45,655 nt of DNA from an uncultured Bacilli bacterium (lineage in GTDB: Bacteria; Bacillota_I; Bacilli_A; RFN20; CAG-826), in NCBI GenBank assembly GCA_944363535.1, contig CALVUG010000004.1, positions 1-45,655 on the forward strand. The letters are read 5' to 3'. Shown here one piece after another: positions 24,990-37,072 of the stretch. Both the position numbers and the translations under genes were made by a program. The notes beneath the pieces are model-generated. The model did not search any database and was not told the DNA's origin. It saw only the letters and a program-made list of their open reading frames with translations. Position 1 is the first letter of the stretch, and the number at the start of each line of letters is the position of its first letter.

Positions 24990-27900
24990 ATGAAAAATAC
25001 AGTTGATAAACCATTGTTAAATAATGATCGTCTCGACTTCTCCAAGATTTCTGGTAAATTACCTTTACCTTACTTAGTGGAAATTCAAACTGATTCTTAT
25101 AAGCATTTGATGGATGAGGGGATCGATGAAGTATTCAATGACGTCTTTCCAATTTATAACAACTATTCGGAATCGATGCGTCTAGAATACGTCTCCCACG
25201 AATTTGAACCTGCGAAGTATAGTTTTCTTGAATGTAAGGAAAGAGATTTAAATTATAGCGCGCCTCTACGCGTTACCTTAAGGCTCGTCCTTCCATCCGG
25301 TGAATATAAGGAAGGGAAAGTGTTCATGGGTGAATTCCCTCTCATGACTGATTCTGGTACTTTCATTATCTCGGGTGTGGAAAGAGTCATCGTCTCGCAA
25401 ATCGTGCGTTCCCCAGGTGCTTATCTATCTAAGGATTTAGAGAAGACTGGCATCTATCGTTACGAAGCGGATTTAATTCCCGCTCGTGGGACGTGGCTAC
25501 AATTTGAAAGCGATAGCAAAAATCTTTTGAACGTCCGTATCGACCGTCAAAGAAAGATGTTTGCCACTATCTTACTTAAAGCTTTAGGGATGGAAAAGGA
25601 AGAAGATATCATCGAAATCTTCGGTGATCATCCGATGCTCATCAACACTTTATCTAAAGATAAGCAAACCGATTCTAAGATCAAAGCTCTCACGGAAATT
25701 TTCCAAAAGCTCAAACCCGGCGAACCAGTCACGGTCGATGGGGTGAAAAATTTCTTATTCCAAAAATTCTTCGATGAAAAACGTTACGATTTAGGTAACG
25801 CTGGTCGATTTAAATATAGTAAGAAACTTGGTATTTATAATCGCCTCGTCGGAAGAATCCTCGCCGAAAACTTAGTGGATGCGGATGGTGTCCTCACCTT
25901 CAAGGCTGGACATCTATTAACGTTACATGACGTCGATGAATTAAGAGCGAAACGTTTCTTTGAAACAGGGGCTCACCAATTCGTCTTACCTAATAACCCT
26001 GATCTAGATAAAAATAGTATCGTCAACATCGTCAAAGTCTACACGGATGAGACGAAAAAACGCGCCGTCAACATCGTCGGAACGGATTTAAATCTCGAGA
26101 CGAAACACGTGACGACTTCCGATATCTATGCGACGTTCTCCTATTTTATGAACGTCATCGAAGGATTCGGCGATACGGATGATATCGATCACTTATCGAA
26201 CCGTCGTGTCCGTTGCGTCGGTGAACTTATCCAACAACAAATTCGTATCGGTCTAACGAAGATGGCCAAAGCCGTCCAACAAAGAATGTCCATCGCGGAC
26301 GTGGATACGATTACGCCTGCATCCTTAATTAATATTAGACCTTTGACCGCGGCGATTAGAGAATTCTTCGCTTCGAGCCAATTATCGCAGTTCATGGATC
26401 AGACAAATCCATTAGCCGAACTCACGAACAAACGTCGTATTTCCGCTTTAGGTCCAGGGGGCTTAACCCGTGACCGCGCCTCGATGGAAGTGCGTGACGT
26501 TCACTACACTCATTACGGTCGAATTTGTCCAATCGAAACGCCAGAAGGACAAAATATCGGCTTAATCAATAACTTAGCGACTTATGCAAAAGTCAATAAA
26601 TACGGTTTCATCGAAACGCCTTATCGTCGCGTCGATAAGAAAAGACACGTCGTCACCGAAGAAAATGTCTACCTAGCAGCGGACCGTGAACGTAACGTCA
26701 TCATCGCTCAGGCTAACGTGCATCTAGATCCAGTGACGCACGAAATTTTAGATGAACTCGTCATCGCTCGTCATAACGGGGAAAATATCGTGGCAAGAAG
26801 AGAAGATGTCGATTTTATCGACGTCTCACCTAAACAAATCGTTTCGGTCGCTTCCGCTTGTATTCCGTTCCTCGAAAACGATGATACGATGCGTGCTCTT
26901 ATGGGGGCGAACATGCAACGCCAAGCTTTACCTTTACTTCGTCCACATGCACCTTACGTCGGCACGGGCTTAGAGCATCTCATCGCGCGTGACTCCGGCT
27001 TAGCGGTCGTCGCGACGGGGGACGGCAAAGTTACTTACGTCGATTGTAAGACGATTAAAGTAAAAGAACCGAAAGTCAAAGAACAACGTGTTTACACGTT
27101 ACAAAAATTTGATCGTTCCAACCAAGGTACTTGCATCAATCAAGTGCCAGTCGTCAAAGTGGGCGATGAAATTAAACGTGGCCAAATTATCGCGGACGGT
27201 CCCGCGATGGATCATGGTGATTTAGCTTTAGGGCAAAACGTTACCATCGCCTTCATGATGTGGAATGGTTACAATTACGAAGACGCGGTCATCATGAGCG
27301 AAAGATTAGTGAAAGATGATGCTTATACTTCCATTCACATCGAAAAATATGAGATCGAATGTCGTAGCACGAAGATTGGCGATGAAAGAATTACGCGTGA
27401 CCTTCCTAACGTCAACGAAGACGCAAAAGCGTTCTTAGATGAAAGAGGTATCATCATCCCTGGTTCGAAAGTAAAAGAAGGGGATATCTTAGTCGGTAAG
27501 ACGACACCGAAAGGCGCAAGTGATCCAACCCCAGAAGAAAAATTATTACAAGCCATCTTTGCTGATAAGACTAACGACCAACGTGAATCTTCTTTAAGAG
27601 TCCCACACGGTGGTGCCGGTATCGTCTTAGATGTGAAAATTTTCTCAAGAAAAAATAAAGACCAATTACCCGCTGGTGTCAACGAAGTCGTGCGCGTTTA
27701 CATCGCACAAAAACGTAAGATTTCCGAAGGTGATAAAATGTCAGGTAGACACGGTAATAAAGGTGTTATTTCCCGCATTTTACCGGTGGAAGATATGCCA
27801 TTCTTACCAGATGGTACCCCAGTTGATATCATGCTTAACCCACTCGGTGTTCCAAGCCGTATGAACATCGGTCAAATCTTAGAGATTCATCTTGGTATGG

Positions 27901-28574
27901 CTTGTAAGAAACTTTCAGAAAAATATGGTAAGCCATTTAAGATTGCCACGCCTGTCTTCGATGGTATTTCAAACGAAGAAATATTTAAGCTAATGGAAGA
28001 GGCTAATATCTCCAAAGATGGTAAGACCGTCCTCTACGATGGTCGCACCGGTGAAAGATTCGATGAAAGAATTTCCGTCGGTGTCATGTACATGATTAAA
28101 CTTGTCCACATGGTCGACGATAAGTTGCACGCTCGTGCGACTGGTCCATATTCCTTAGTCACGCAACAACCATTAGGAGGTAAAGCTCAAAATGGTGGTC
28201 AAAGATTTGGTGAGATGGAAGTTTGGGCGCTCGAAGCTTATGGGGCTGCGCATACATTACAAGAAATTCTTACCATCAAATCTGATGATCGCATCGGAAG
28301 AAGAAAAGCTTACGAAGCTATCATCACTAATAAAGAATTACCAGAACCTGGTATTCCTGAAGCTTTCAAAGTGCTCACAAAAGAACTGCAAGGCCTTGGT
28401 ATGGACGTCAAACTTCTCAACCATAACGGTGAAGAAATCGATCTAGAAGCCATTGCCCGCGAAGCGCAAAAAGAAGAAAGACACGCGAGAAGAAAAGCTA
28501 TGGAAGAAGAAGTGCAGGAAGAATACGTTCCTGACGAAGAACTTTCCATGCGTTCTGAGCGTGAACTTGATTAA
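24990..28574 (+). CDS. rpoB: RNA polymerase beta subunit
   Basis: [60 protein letters not shown]. Confidence 0.99.
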   Translation: MKNTVDKPLLNNDRLDFSKISGKLPLPYLVEIQTDSYKHLMDEGIDEVFNDVFPIYNNYSESMRLEYVSHEFEPAKYSFLECKERDLNYSAPLRVTLRLVLPSGEYKEGKVFMGEFPLMTDSGTFIISGVERVIVSQIVRSPGAYLSKDLEKTGIYRYEADLIPARGTWLQFESDSKNLLNVRIDRQRKMFATILLKALGMEKEEDIIEIFGDHPMLINTLSKDKQTDSKIKALTEIFQKLKPGEPVTVDGVKNFLFQKFFDEKRYDLGNAGRFKYSKKLGIYNRLVGRILAENLVDADGVLTFKAGHLLTLHDVDELRAKRFFETGAHQFVLPNNPDLDKNSIVNIVKVYTDETKKRAVNIVGTDLNLETKHVTTSDIYATFSYFMNVIEGFGDTDDIDHLSNRRVRCVGELIQQQIRIGLTKMAKAVQQRMSIADVDTITPASLINIRPLTAAIREFFASSQLSQFMDQTNPLAELTNKRRISALGPGGLTRDRASMEVRDVHYTHYGRICPIETPEGQNIGLINNLATYAKVNKYGFIETPYRRVDKKRHVVTEENVYLAADRERNVIIAQANVHLDPVTHEILDELVIARHNGENIVARREDVDFIDVSPKQIVSVASACIPFLENDDTMRALMGANMQRQALPLLRPHAPYVGTGLEHLIARDSGLAVVATGDGKVTYVDCKTIKVKEPKVKEQRVYTLQKFDRSNQGTCINQVPVVKVGDEIKRGQIIADGPAMDHGDLALGQNVTIAFMMWNGYNYEDAVIMSERLVKDDAYTSIHIEKYEIECRSTKIGDERITRDLPNVNEDAKAFLDERGIIIPGSKVKEGDILVGKTTPKGASDPTPEEKLLQAIFADKTNDQRESSLRVPHGGAGIVLDVKIFSRKNKDQLPAGVNEVVRVYIAQKRKISEGDKMSGRHGNKGVISRILPVEDMPFLPDGTPVDIMLNPLGVPSRMNIGQILEIHLGMACKKLSEKYGKPFKIATPVFDGISNEEIFKLMEEANISKDGKTVLYDGRTGERFDERISVGVMYMIKLVHMVDDKLHARATGPYSLVTQQPLGGKAQNGGQRFGEMEVWALEAYGAAHTLQEILTIKSDDRIGRRKAYEAIITNKELPEPGIPEAFKVLTKELQGLGMDVKLLNHNGEEIDLEAIAREAQKEERHARRKAMEEEVQEEYVPDEELSMRSERELD

Positions 28575-28597
28575 TAGAAGAGGAGGTTAACTAGATT

Positions 28598-31500
28598 ATG
28601 TTCGATGTCAATGATTTAGCCGCCATCAAGGTGGGACTTGCCTCGCCGGAAACGATTCGTTCCTGGTCACATGGCGAAGTGACGAAACCAGAAACGATCA
28701 ACTATCGTTCCCAAAAACCAGAACCAGATGGTTTATTCTGCGAAAAAATCTTTGGTCCAAGCAAAGACTACGAATGTCATTGTGGCAAATACAAAAAGAT
28801 TCGTTTCGCTGGTACGGTCTGCGAAAAATGTGGTGTTTTAGTTACTACTAAAGATGTCCGTCGTGAACGTATGGGCTCCATCACTCTCGCTAGTCCTTGT
28901 ACGCATATTTGGTATTTGAAAGGTGTGCCTAGCCGCATCGGCTTAATTTTAGATGTCTCGCCTAAACATCTAGAAGAAGTCGTCTACTTCGCCGCGCATA
29001 TCTGCTTATATCCTGGTAACTCTAAAATTTTATATAAAGCTCAATTCTTAGATGAAAGGACCGCAAGAGAAGTCTTCGTCTCCGTCATCGAAGAATTTAA
29101 AGATAGCTTAGATCCTAATTCTTACGATTTTGAACTAGCGGAAAATTATATTACGAAGATGCAAAATCGTTACGAATCTTTCGATTTCCAAACGATTTCG
29201 ACTTTCATTTCAAAACATACGATTGATCAGGATGGTCGTGGTGCGGAATTTGGAGAAGGAGCGGAAGCGATCAAACGTCTTCTTAGCGAAGTTGATTTAA
29301 ATTCTGAATTTAACGAAGTTAATCGTCGCATTAGAGAAGAAGCGAACAAAAATAAAAAGAACAATCAAGTGTTCGAAAAACTTAAAAAGAGACTCGAAGT
29401 CATCGAAGCCTTCAGACATTCTGGTAACAAGCCTGAATGGATGGTCTTAGATGTCATCCCTGTCATTCCACCTGACTTACGTCCGATGCTCCAACTCGAT
29501 GGTGGAAGGTTCGCTACTTCCGATTTAAATGATTTATATCGCCGTGTCATCACGCGTAATTCGCGTCTACGTCGTCTCATCGAAATGAATGCACCTTACG
29601 TCATCTTGATGAACGAAAAACGTATGTTACAAGAAGCGGTGGACGCTCTTATCGATAACGGAAGAAGAAATAAAGCGGTGACCGGTACTGGTCAACGTGC
29701 TTTAAAATCCTTATCTAGTGCACTTAAAGGTAAGCAAGGTCGTTTTAGACAAAACTTACTTGGTAAACGTGTCGACTTCTCCGGTCGTTCCGTCATCGCG
29801 GTCGGACCTGACCTTAAGATGTATCAATGTGGTCTTCCACGTGAGATGGCCATTCAACTTTTACGTCCTTTCATCGCTTCTAGACTTATTCGCGATGGTG
29901 TTTGCAATGCACATAAAATCGCTGATAAAATCATCGATCGAAGAGATGAAAAAGTCTTTGAAATCTTAGAAGAAATTATTTCTTCTCATCCAGTCTTACT
30001 TAACCGCGCTCCGACGTTACACCGTCTTGGTATCCAAGCTTTCCAACCAAAACTTGTCGACGGCCGTGCGATTAGATTACACCCCTTAGTCTGTACTGGT
30101 TTCAATGCGGACTTCGATGGTGACCAAATGGCGGTGCACGTCCCACTTGGTAAAGCTGCGCAAGAAGAAGCTTTAAACCTCATGCTTGCGAGCAATAACA
30201 TCCTTGGTCCAAAAGATGGTAAGCCAATCGTTACCCCATCGCAAGATATGGTTCTTGGTATCTATTATTTAACCTTGGAAGCAAGTAAAGAAGACTTCCT
30301 TAAAAAAGCTCAAAAGCTTCACGATTTAGGTGATGAAGAAGAAGCGGAAAAATATGAACTTTACGCTAAAGAAGAAGGGAAAGTCTTTGCGAGCGTGAAC
30401 GAAGTCTTACACGCTTATCAAACTAAAACTATTCATCTCCATAATCGTATTGCTTTACTTGGACGTTCATTACTTAAATCATCTTTTGATGAAAATATGA
30501 ATAGTTCCTATTTACTTACGAGTGTCGGAAAAGTGATTTTTAATCAAATTTTCCCCACAGATTTCCCTTATTTAAATGAACCGAGCAAAGAAAATCTTCT
30601 TACAAATGTCGATAAATATTTCGTCCCACGCGGTACGAACATCAAAGAAGAAATTGCTTCTCGCCCTCTAGTGGAACCATTTAAAAAATCTGATATTGGT
30701 AATATCATTAACCAAATTTTCAAGATGTATGGAACTTCTAAGACAAGTGCTGTTTTGGATAAGATTAAAGACTACGGTTTCCAATATTCGACCGTCGCTG
30801 GTATCACCATCTCCATCGATGACATCAAAGTCTTGAAGAATAAGAAAGATATCATCGCAGAAGGGGATGAACAAGTCGCTCAATTCGAACAACTTTACGA
30901 AGAAGGTCTTCTCACCGACGAAGAAAGACATAGAAAAGTCATCGAAGTGTGGGATAAGACTGGTAAGGTTATCCAATCTGAACTTTCAACGCAAATTGCG
31001 AGTGATAAACGTAACCCAATTTTCATGATGAAAGATAGCGGTGCGCGTGGATCTGATTCGAACTTCCGTCAGTTAGCAGGCTTCCGTGGCTTAATGTCTA
31101 ACCCGAAAGGTGAAGCGATCGAAATTCCAATTAAATCTTGTTTCCGTGAAGGTCTAACGGTATCCGAATTCTTCATCGCTACCCACGGCGCCCGTAAGGG
31201 TGGGGCTGATACGGCTTTGAAGACCGCGGACTCAGGTTATCTTACTCGTCGTCTCGTCGACGTCTCACAAGACGTCATCGTACGTGAAGAAGATTGCGGT
31301 ACGGACCATGGTTACATCGTCAAAGATATCATGGATACGTCACGTCAAAATATCATCGTTCCTTTAAAGGACCGTCTAGTGGGAAGATTCTCCTTACGTG
31401 CGATCGTTGATCCTACGACCGGCGAAGTCATCGTTCCACCTAATACCTTAATCGAAGAAGATATGGCGGATAGAGTCGTCAAAGCTGGCATTAAGGAAGT

Positions 31501-32473
31501 AGAAATTCGTTCCTTATTTGGTTGCGAGACCAAAAATGGTGTGTGCGTACATTGTTACGGCCTCAACTTAGCGACTGGTAAAGTCGTCGAAGTCGGTGAA
31601 GCTGTCGGCACTATGGCCGCTCAATCGATCGGTGAACCTGGTACGCAATTAACGATGCGTACATTCCACGAAGGTGGCGTTGCCGGTAGCGATATCACGC
31701 AAGGTTTACCCCGTGTCCAAGAACTATTCGAAGCGCGTAATCCGAAAGGTAAAGCTCTCATCTCCGAAATTAGCGGAACGGTGGAACTTAAAGATAAAGA
31801 TACGCACGCTATCGTCACTAACGATAAGGAATCGAAAACTTACGATATTCCTTTCGGTGCACGTCTACGTGTCAAAAATGGCGACTTTGTCAAAGCCGGT
31901 GGTAAGATTACTGAAGGGGCCATTTCACCGAAAGAATTACTCGAATGCGCTGGGGTAGTCTCAGTTGAAAATTACCTCATCAAAGAAGTACAGAAAGTCT
32001 ATCGTGCGCAAGGTATCGGTATTTCCGATAAACATATCGAAGTCATCGTCCGTCAAATGTTACGTAAAGTGGCGGTCATCGAAGGTGGGGATACTTACAT
32101 GCTTCCCGGCATGCGTGTTTCCGTCGAAGATTTCACCCGCGAGAATGAACGCGTGATGAAAGAAGGTAAACGTCCTGCCATGGCTTCACCTTTAATCTTA
32201 CGTATCACCGAAGCGGCCTTACAAACTGATTCCTTCTTATCTGCGGCTTCCTTCCAAGAGACGACACGTGTCTTAACTGATGCCGCTATCAAGGCGAAAA
32301 CTGATAGCCTCCACGGGCTAAAAGAAAACGTCATCACCGGTAAACTTATTCCGGCTGGAAGAGGTTTATTAAACCGTGAACAAGAAGCGGCCTTACTTAA
32401 AGATTTCGACGTTTTAAAACGTATGGATGAAGTGAAGGCGCAATACATTGAAGCGCATGATCGTAAAGATTAA
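28598..32473 (+). CDS. rpoC: RNA polymerase beta-prime subunit
   Basis: CHCGKYK Zn ribbon, [32 protein letters not shown]. Confidence 0.99.
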   Translation: MFDVNDLAAIKVGLASPETIRSWSHGEVTKPETINYRSQKPEPDGLFCEKIFGPSKDYECHCGKYKKIRFAGTVCEKCGVLVTTKDVRRERMGSITLASPCTHIWYLKGVPSRIGLILDVSPKHLEEVVYFAAHICLYPGNSKILYKAQFLDERTAREVFVSVIEEFKDSLDPNSYDFELAENYITKMQNRYESFDFQTISTFISKHTIDQDGRGAEFGEGAEAIKRLLSEVDLNSEFNEVNRRIREEANKNKKNNQVFEKLKKRLEVIEAFRHSGNKPEWMVLDVIPVIPPDLRPMLQLDGGRFATSDLNDLYRRVITRNSRLRRLIEMNAPYVILMNEKRMLQEAVDALIDNGRRNKAVTGTGQRALKSLSSALKGKQGRFRQNLLGKRVDFSGRSVIAVGPDLKMYQCGLPREMAIQLLRPFIASRLIRDGVCNAHKIADKIIDRRDEKVFEILEEIISSHPVLLNRAPTLHRLGIQAFQPKLVDGRAIRLHPLVCTGFNADFDGDQMAVHVPLGKAAQEEALNLMLASNNILGPKDGKPIVTPSQDMVLGIYYLTLEASKEDFLKKAQKLHDLGDEEEAEKYELYAKEEGKVFASVNEVLHAYQTKTIHLHNRIALLGRSLLKSSFDENMNSSYLLTSVGKVIFNQIFPTDFPYLNEPSKENLLTNVDKYFVPRGTNIKEEIASRPLVEPFKKSDIGNIINQIFKMYGTSKTSAVLDKIKDYGFQYSTVAGITISIDDIKVLKNKKDIIAEGDEQVAQFEQLYEEGLLTDEERHRKVIEVWDKTGKVIQSELSTQIASDKRNPIFMMKDSGARGSDSNFRQLAGFRGLMSNPKGEAIEIPIKSCFREGLTVSEFFIATHGARKGGADTALKTADSGYLTRRLVDVSQDVIVREEDCGTDHGYIVKDIMDTSRQNIIVPLKDRLVGRFSLRAIVDPTTGEVIVPPNTLIEEDMADRVVKAGIKEVEIRSLFGCETKNGVCVHCYGLNLATGKVVEVGEAVGTMAAQSIGEPGTQLTMRTFHEGGVAGSDITQGLPRVQELFEARNPKGKALISEISGTVELKDKDTHAIVTNDKESKTYDIPFGARLRVKNGDFVKAGGKITEGAISPKELLECAGVVSVENYLIKEVQKVYRAQGIGISDKHIEVIVRQMLRKVAVIEGGDTYMLPGMRVSVEDFTRENERVMKEGKRPAMASPLILRITEAALQTDSFLSAASFQETTRVLTDAAIKAKTDSLHGLKENVITGKLIPAGRGLLNREQEAALLKDFDVLKRMDEVKAQYIEAHDRKD

Positions 32474-32507
32474 AATCGCTTAATTTACACTTTAAATATT
32501 ACTTACT

Positions 32508-32531
32508 AAGCCTACATTTTGTAGGCTTTTT
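32508..32531 (+). terminator. Intrinsic terminator after rpoC
   Basis: AAGCCTAC-ATTTT-GTAGGCTT followed by TTT. Confidence 0.85.
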
Positions 32532-32562
32532 AATTAATTTAACATTTCTTTAGATATTTTAT

Positions 32563-32590
32563 TTGACACTTTTTATCTCATGAATATAAT
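32563..32590 (+). promoter_or_regulatory. sigma70 promoter of the M6-like lipoprotein gene
   Basis: TTGACA-N16-TATAAT. Confidence 0.65.
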
Positions 32591-32648
32591 AAATGGCATA
32601 TCTAAATAGATATAAGTCAAATTTAAGAATTTGAAAGGAGAAAAACAT

Positions 32649-34367
32649 ATGGCAAAATTACGTTATGCGGCTCTTGCTTTATCGCTAACGGCGATGTTAC
32701 TTGTCGCTTGTGACACTGATCCTGTCGATCCGCCTGATGACGATGGTATCACTTACAACGATTTAAACATCGCTAGTAATTATATTTCCTCGAAAGATTT
32801 TTACATCAACGCGGATGGTCTTGAAACTTATTCTACGACCTACATCTCGGGTGATCCAGCGACGATTGGTGAAGTGGCAGTGTTCGTCTTACCAGTCGAA
32901 TTCGTCGATGCACCGGCGAGCGAACTTCCTGGTGGTGCTGAATATCAAATTCAGCAAATTGAAGAAGCCTTCTTTGGCGATCCTGAAACGAATCCCGCTC
33001 TTACTGAATCGCTTGCTTCATATTATGAAAAATCAAGTTATGGTCAAATGCACATCACCGGTGAAGTTAACGATTCCTGGTGGAACTGTGGCTTGACGGT
33101 CGATGAACTCGCTCAAATCTTCGAAGATGATTATAACAATGGTCAAAGTGGTTCCGCCCCATTTAGAATTTTACGTGACTTCTACCGTCAAAAAACTGGT
33201 ATTACCGATTATGGTTACATCACCGAAGAAGGTTACGAATGGGCGATGAAATACGATAAGAACCACGATGGTTTCATCGATTGTATCTCGATGATTTATT
33301 CTTGTCACTCTTATCCCAATATGGGTTCAAATCTTTCTGCAGCTTACCAAGAAACATTCTGGGCTTTCACCCATAGCGATTTCTATCAAGCTCCTTGGCT
33401 TGATACTGGTGCGGACGTCGAATACGATGGCTTACCAAGTAAATACGCACCCCAAAGATATCGTTTCGTTTGGATGAGCTGGGATCAAATCTATTATGAA
33501 GGTTATTATGATGATAATCATAATTTCACAGGTCTATCTTGGAATAATCCCGCTGAAGCTGCTGAGTTAAGTCGAATTATCGCAAGTGATGACGTAAGAT
33601 TAGATACGCACACTATCATCCACGAACACGGTCACGCATTATGCGCATACGAAGATTATTATACTTACGATAATGGGGACTGGTACGCTGCTGGTTGGCT
33701 CGATATGATGGATCATAACTTAGGTGATCATAATGCCTATTCTAAGATGCTTTCACAATGGATTAGTCCAACGGTCGTCGATGAACCAGGCACTTACACC
33801 TTAAATTCGATGCAAAGTGGTAAAGATGGCGTCGCAATCTTGGTGAAAGCGCGTGGTCAAGAATATCGTAACACCCCGCTTGATGAATATATCTTACTCG
33901 AACTTTATACACCAGATGGATTAAACGCCCTCGATTCTACTGAATCGTTAAACGGTATCTATCCTCTTCTTTACACGGAAGTAGGTGTCAAAGTTTATCA
34001 CATCGATTCAAGATTTGGTCTCTTCTCATATAATGATGCTTCAAGTAGTTACGTCTTTACGCGTTATACGACGGCCTTATCGATGGGCGACCGTCAACGT
34101 ACGCAAATCGTCGCTAGTAATACGGCTTCAAGAAGTGCGGCTGATCCTGAATTCAAACTTATTCACTTACTTGAATCCAGTGGTCAAAATTCGTTCGAAT
34201 ATGGTCAACACGCGACTAATGATACCTTATTCCAAGCTGGCGATAGTTTCGGTGTGAGAACGTTCCAAGACTTCACGATGAATAGCGGTGATGAATTCGG
34301 TTGGACCTTCACGATCGATTCGATCGAAAATGGTGTCGCTTCCATCACCTTCGCTTACGCTGAATAA
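32649..34367 (+). CDS. Lipoprotein, M6 (immune inhibitor A-like) metalloprotease with atypical Zn motif
   Basis: GAAAGGAG RBS; lipobox LVAC; ESLASYYEKSSYGQMHITG; HEHGHALCAYEDYY; Met-turn-like DMMDHNLGDHN; ELYTPDGLN. Confidence 0.78.
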   Translation: MAKLRYAALALSLTAMLLVACDTDPVDPPDDDGITYNDLNIASNYISSKDFYINADGLETYSTTYISGDPATIGEVAVFVLPVEFVDAPASELPGGAEYQIQQIEEAFFGDPETNPALTESLASYYEKSSYGQMHITGEVNDSWWNCGLTVDELAQIFEDDYNNGQSGSAPFRILRDFYRQKTGITDYGYITEEGYEWAMKYDKNHDGFIDCISMIYSCHSYPNMGSNLSAAYQETFWAFTHSDFYQAPWLDTGADVEYDGLPSKYAPQRYRFVWMSWDQIYYEGYYDDNHNFTGLSWNNPAEAAELSRIIASDDVRLDTHTIIHEHGHALCAYEDYYTYDNGDWYAAGWLDMMDHNLGDHNAYSKMLSQWISPTVVDEPGTYTLNSMQSGKDGVAILVKARGQEYRNTPLDEYILLELYTPDGLNALDSTESLNGIYPLLYTEVGVKVYHIDSRFGLFSYNDASSSYVFTRYTTALSMGDRQRTQIVASNTASRSAADPEFKLIHLLESSGQNSFEYGQHATNDTLFQAGDSFGVRTFQDFTMNSGDEFGWTFTIDSIENGVASITFAYAE

Positions 34368-34395
34368 TAATTCATTCATCGAAAATTTGTTTAAG

Positions 34396-34426
34396 AAGCT
34401 CTAGATTTAAGTCTAGGGCTTTTTTT
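34396..34426 (+). terminator. Intrinsic terminator
   Basis: AAGCTCTAGA-TTTAAG-TCTAGGGCTT followed by TTTTT. Confidence 0.85.
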
Positions 34427-34474
34427 ATCTAATTTTTCACTAAGTGAAAGATTAGGATGAAGTTAGTCCATATC

Positions 34475-34504
34475 TTGACAATAAATTTATCTATTCTATA
34501 TAAT
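34475..34504 (+). promoter_or_regulatory. sigma70 promoter, very short leader
   Basis: TTGACA-N18-TATAAT ending 10 nt before the ATG at 34515; no SD. Confidence 0.6.
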
Positions 34505-34514
34505 TAAGCCCGCT

Positions 34515-35642
34515 ATGAATTTGTTAAGTTTAGTTTCCGATAGCACTACCGATCCACTGAGTAGCAATGAATTGCTAGGCGCTTTCGGTATGCCCTTTTG
34601 GGCTTCTTGGCTTTTAATTGCCATCCTTTTAGTGTTTTCCGCTTTATTTTCAGCTTCTGAAAACGCTTTTTCAAATTGTAATAAATATCACTTTAAGGTT
34701 TTAGCGGACGAAGGAAAAATTACGCCAAAAATTATCGTTCGTCTCACCAAAAAATTTGAATCGACCTTAGTGAGCGTCCTCGTTGGTAACAATATCGTTC
34801 AAACCTTAATTTCTACTATCTCGGCGATTTTGTTCTATAACATTTGTAACGTGAATGGGTGGGGGGATTCTGTCGAAGTTGTCCTTTCTACGGTCGTCGT
34901 CGCTTTTGCGGTCTACATCATCGCTGATACTTGTCCAAAAATTTTATCGAAGGTGATCCCTAATAAGATGGTTTATATTTTAGCCTGGCCTGATTTCATT
35001 TTTTCTATCATCCTTTTCCCAGTCATCATCTTATTTAAAGGTATCTTAAAGCTCGTCCATAAGATGTTTAAGATTAAAGACGATAATGTGTTAACGAAAG
35101 AAGATTTTATCGAAAAAGCGGATGAAGCGGTGACGGATGAAAACGTCAATAACGAAGAAGAACAATTATTTAAGCCTGAAGAGATGAAGATGTTTGATAG
35201 AGCTTTCATCTTCGATCAAATTAAAGTGGAACAAGTGTTGACGCCGAAAGAAAAAATCGTTTCTTTTGACATTAATGATTTAACTAATACGACGCTTAAT
35301 AGTCTCATCATGTCTTCGAAATTTTCTCGTTTCCCCATCTACGATGAAGATAAAGATAACATCATCGGTATCCTAAGCGTGAACACATATTTTAAAGAAT
35401 ATAACGAAGACCCACATCTCGATATCCGTTCCATTTTATTACCGCCTATTTACTTTTCTAAAGATGCGAAGGTCAATGAAATTTTTGATAAGTTAAATGA
35501 AGAAAGATTACATATCGGTTTAGTCAAGGATGAACAAGGTACACTACTCGGTATGGTAACGATGGAAGACATCTTAGATGAATTAGTCGGCGAAACTTCA
35601 CATCTCGAATCGATCTATCAGATGAAGAAAGGAGTGAAGTAA
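34515..35642 (+). CDS. CNNM/CorB-family (DUF21 + CBS) Mg/Co transport protein, no CorC_HlyC domain
   Basis: FSALFSASENAFS, LVGNNIV, VLTP, FSRFPIY, GMVTMEDILDELVGE; ends soon after the CBS pair. Confidence 0.85.
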   Translation: MNLLSLVSDSTTDPLSSNELLGAFGMPFWASWLLIAILLVFSALFSASENAFSNCNKYHFKVLADEGKITPKIIVRLTKKFESTLVSVLVGNNIVQTLISTISAILFYNICNVNGWGDSVEVVLSTVVVAFAVYIIADTCPKILSKVIPNKMVYILAWPDFIFSIILFPVIILFKGILKLVHKMFKIKDDNVLTKEDFIEKADEAVTDENVNNEEEQLFKPEEMKMFDRAFIFDQIKVEQVLTPKEKIVSFDINDLTNTTLNSLIMSSKFSRFPIYDEDKDNIIGILSVNTYFKEYNEDPHLDIRSILLPPIYFSKDAKVNEIFDKLNEERLHIGLVKDEQGTLLGMVTMEDILDELVGETSHLESIYQMKKGVK

Positions 35643-35646
35643 GACT

Positions 35647-36948
35647 ATGGCTATCTTTTGGGTTTACATCGCTTTGATCTTCGTCTTACTTTTCTTATCT
35701 TTCATCTACTCGAGTGCGGATATGGCTTACGGTAGCGTCTCGCATGACCGCATTTTAAGAAGGCTTAATTCTCATCCTTCTAACAATTTAAGAAGAGCGG
35801 AAAAATTGACGAGAAATTACGATAAGACAATTTCCACTATCTTGCTTTTTAACGATACGATCAACGCGGCTTTAGATACGATTGCGACGATGTGTGGCGT
35901 CTTATTAGCGACGGAATTTATGGGGATTTATGATCCCGCCATCACTGATACTTTTGGTCTCGTTGCTTCTTTGATTGTCTTGGTGTTGAAAATTACAGTA
36001 GGGGAAATTATCGCTAAGTCGATCGGTAAAATTTATAACTATAAGTTCGCGAATTTCTATAGTGCGCTCATCACGATTTGTTATTACGTGACGATTCCTA
36101 TCACCTTCTTAGTGGGTGGCTTTGGAAGTTTGGTTACTTATCCTATCACCAAAAACGTCAAAGACATCAAGATTAGCGATGATGAATTACACGAGATGAT
36201 CGATGAAGGGGAAGAAGAAGGTTTAATCGATGAAGATAAAGCTGAACTTCTAAGAGGGACGGTCGATTATGCTTCGACTGAAACTTACGAAATTATGACC
36301 CCGAGAGCGAAAATTTACGCTATCGATAAAAACGATAGTTTAGATGACATCTTAGCGAGTCCTAAAACTTTCAATTATTCAAGAATTCCCGTCTACGATG
36401 AAACGATCGATAACATCATCGGTTACGTTCGTTCGAAAGCTTTGATTCGTTTGAAATTAGAAGGTCGAACGAACGATATAAGTGACGTCATCGAACATAT
36501 TCAATTTTTCCCACGTACGACAGAAATTAATGACGTTTTAAATTATTTTAAAAAAGAACACGAACATATCGCTATCATCCTAGATGAATATGGCGGTACG
36601 GAAGGTCTAATTACGAGGGAAGATATCGTCGAAGAAATAGTTGGCGAAATTTGGGATGAAACGGATGATAAAGATGAACCTTACATCGAAAGAAACGATG
36701 GTAGTTACATCGTCGATGGAGGGATGAATTTAGAAGATTTCTGTACATTATTTGATATAGATTACGAAGAACTTGATACGGAATACGTCACTATAGGTGG
36801 CTTCATCATCGAACTTTTAGATGATAAGTTTGCAAATAAGGGAGATGAAGTGATGTTCCAAGATGTGAAGATGAAAGTTCTTGCTTTAGGTAAACATCAT
36901 ACAGTGAAGAAAATCATCTGTCAAAAGGTGGAAAAAGAAGAAGAATAG
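35647..36948 (+). CDS. CNNM/CorB-family (DUF21 + CBS + CorC_HlyC) protein
   Basis: GEIIAKSIG, EIMTPR, YSRIPVY, DEYGGTEGLITREDIVEEIVGEIWDETD, YIVDGGMNLEDF, YVTIGGFI. Confidence 0.88.
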   Translation: MAIFWVYIALIFVLLFLSFIYSSADMAYGSVSHDRILRRLNSHPSNNLRRAEKLTRNYDKTISTILLFNDTINAALDTIATMCGVLLATEFMGIYDPAITDTFGLVASLIVLVLKITVGEIIAKSIGKIYNYKFANFYSALITICYYVTIPITFLVGGFGSLVTYPITKNVKDIKISDDELHEMIDEGEEEGLIDEDKAELLRGTVDYASTETYEIMTPRAKIYAIDKNDSLDDILASPKTFNYSRIPVYDETIDNIIGYVRSKALIRLKLEGRTNDISDVIEHIQFFPRTTEINDVLNYFKKEHEHIAIILDEYGGTEGLITREDIVEEIVGEIWDETDDKDEPYIERNDGSYIVDGGMNLEDFCTLFDIDYEELDTEYVTIGGFIIELLDDKFANKGDEVMFQDVKMKVLALGKHHTVKKIICQKVEKEEE

Positions 36949-37072
36949 TTCTTTTAAATTTATGAACTTTAAAGTTTTATTAACTCTTCTTTTTGTGAGC
37001 GCTTTTTAAAATTTAATTGATAATTAAAACCAAGTGTATATTATATTATTATTACGTCGGTAGGTGAAAATT

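Noticed and set aside
36991-37006. cre-like site TGTGAGCGCTTTTT upstream of the LRR lipoprotein
   Set aside because: The right half misses the conserved CA, and CcpA presence is unknown; too weak to call.
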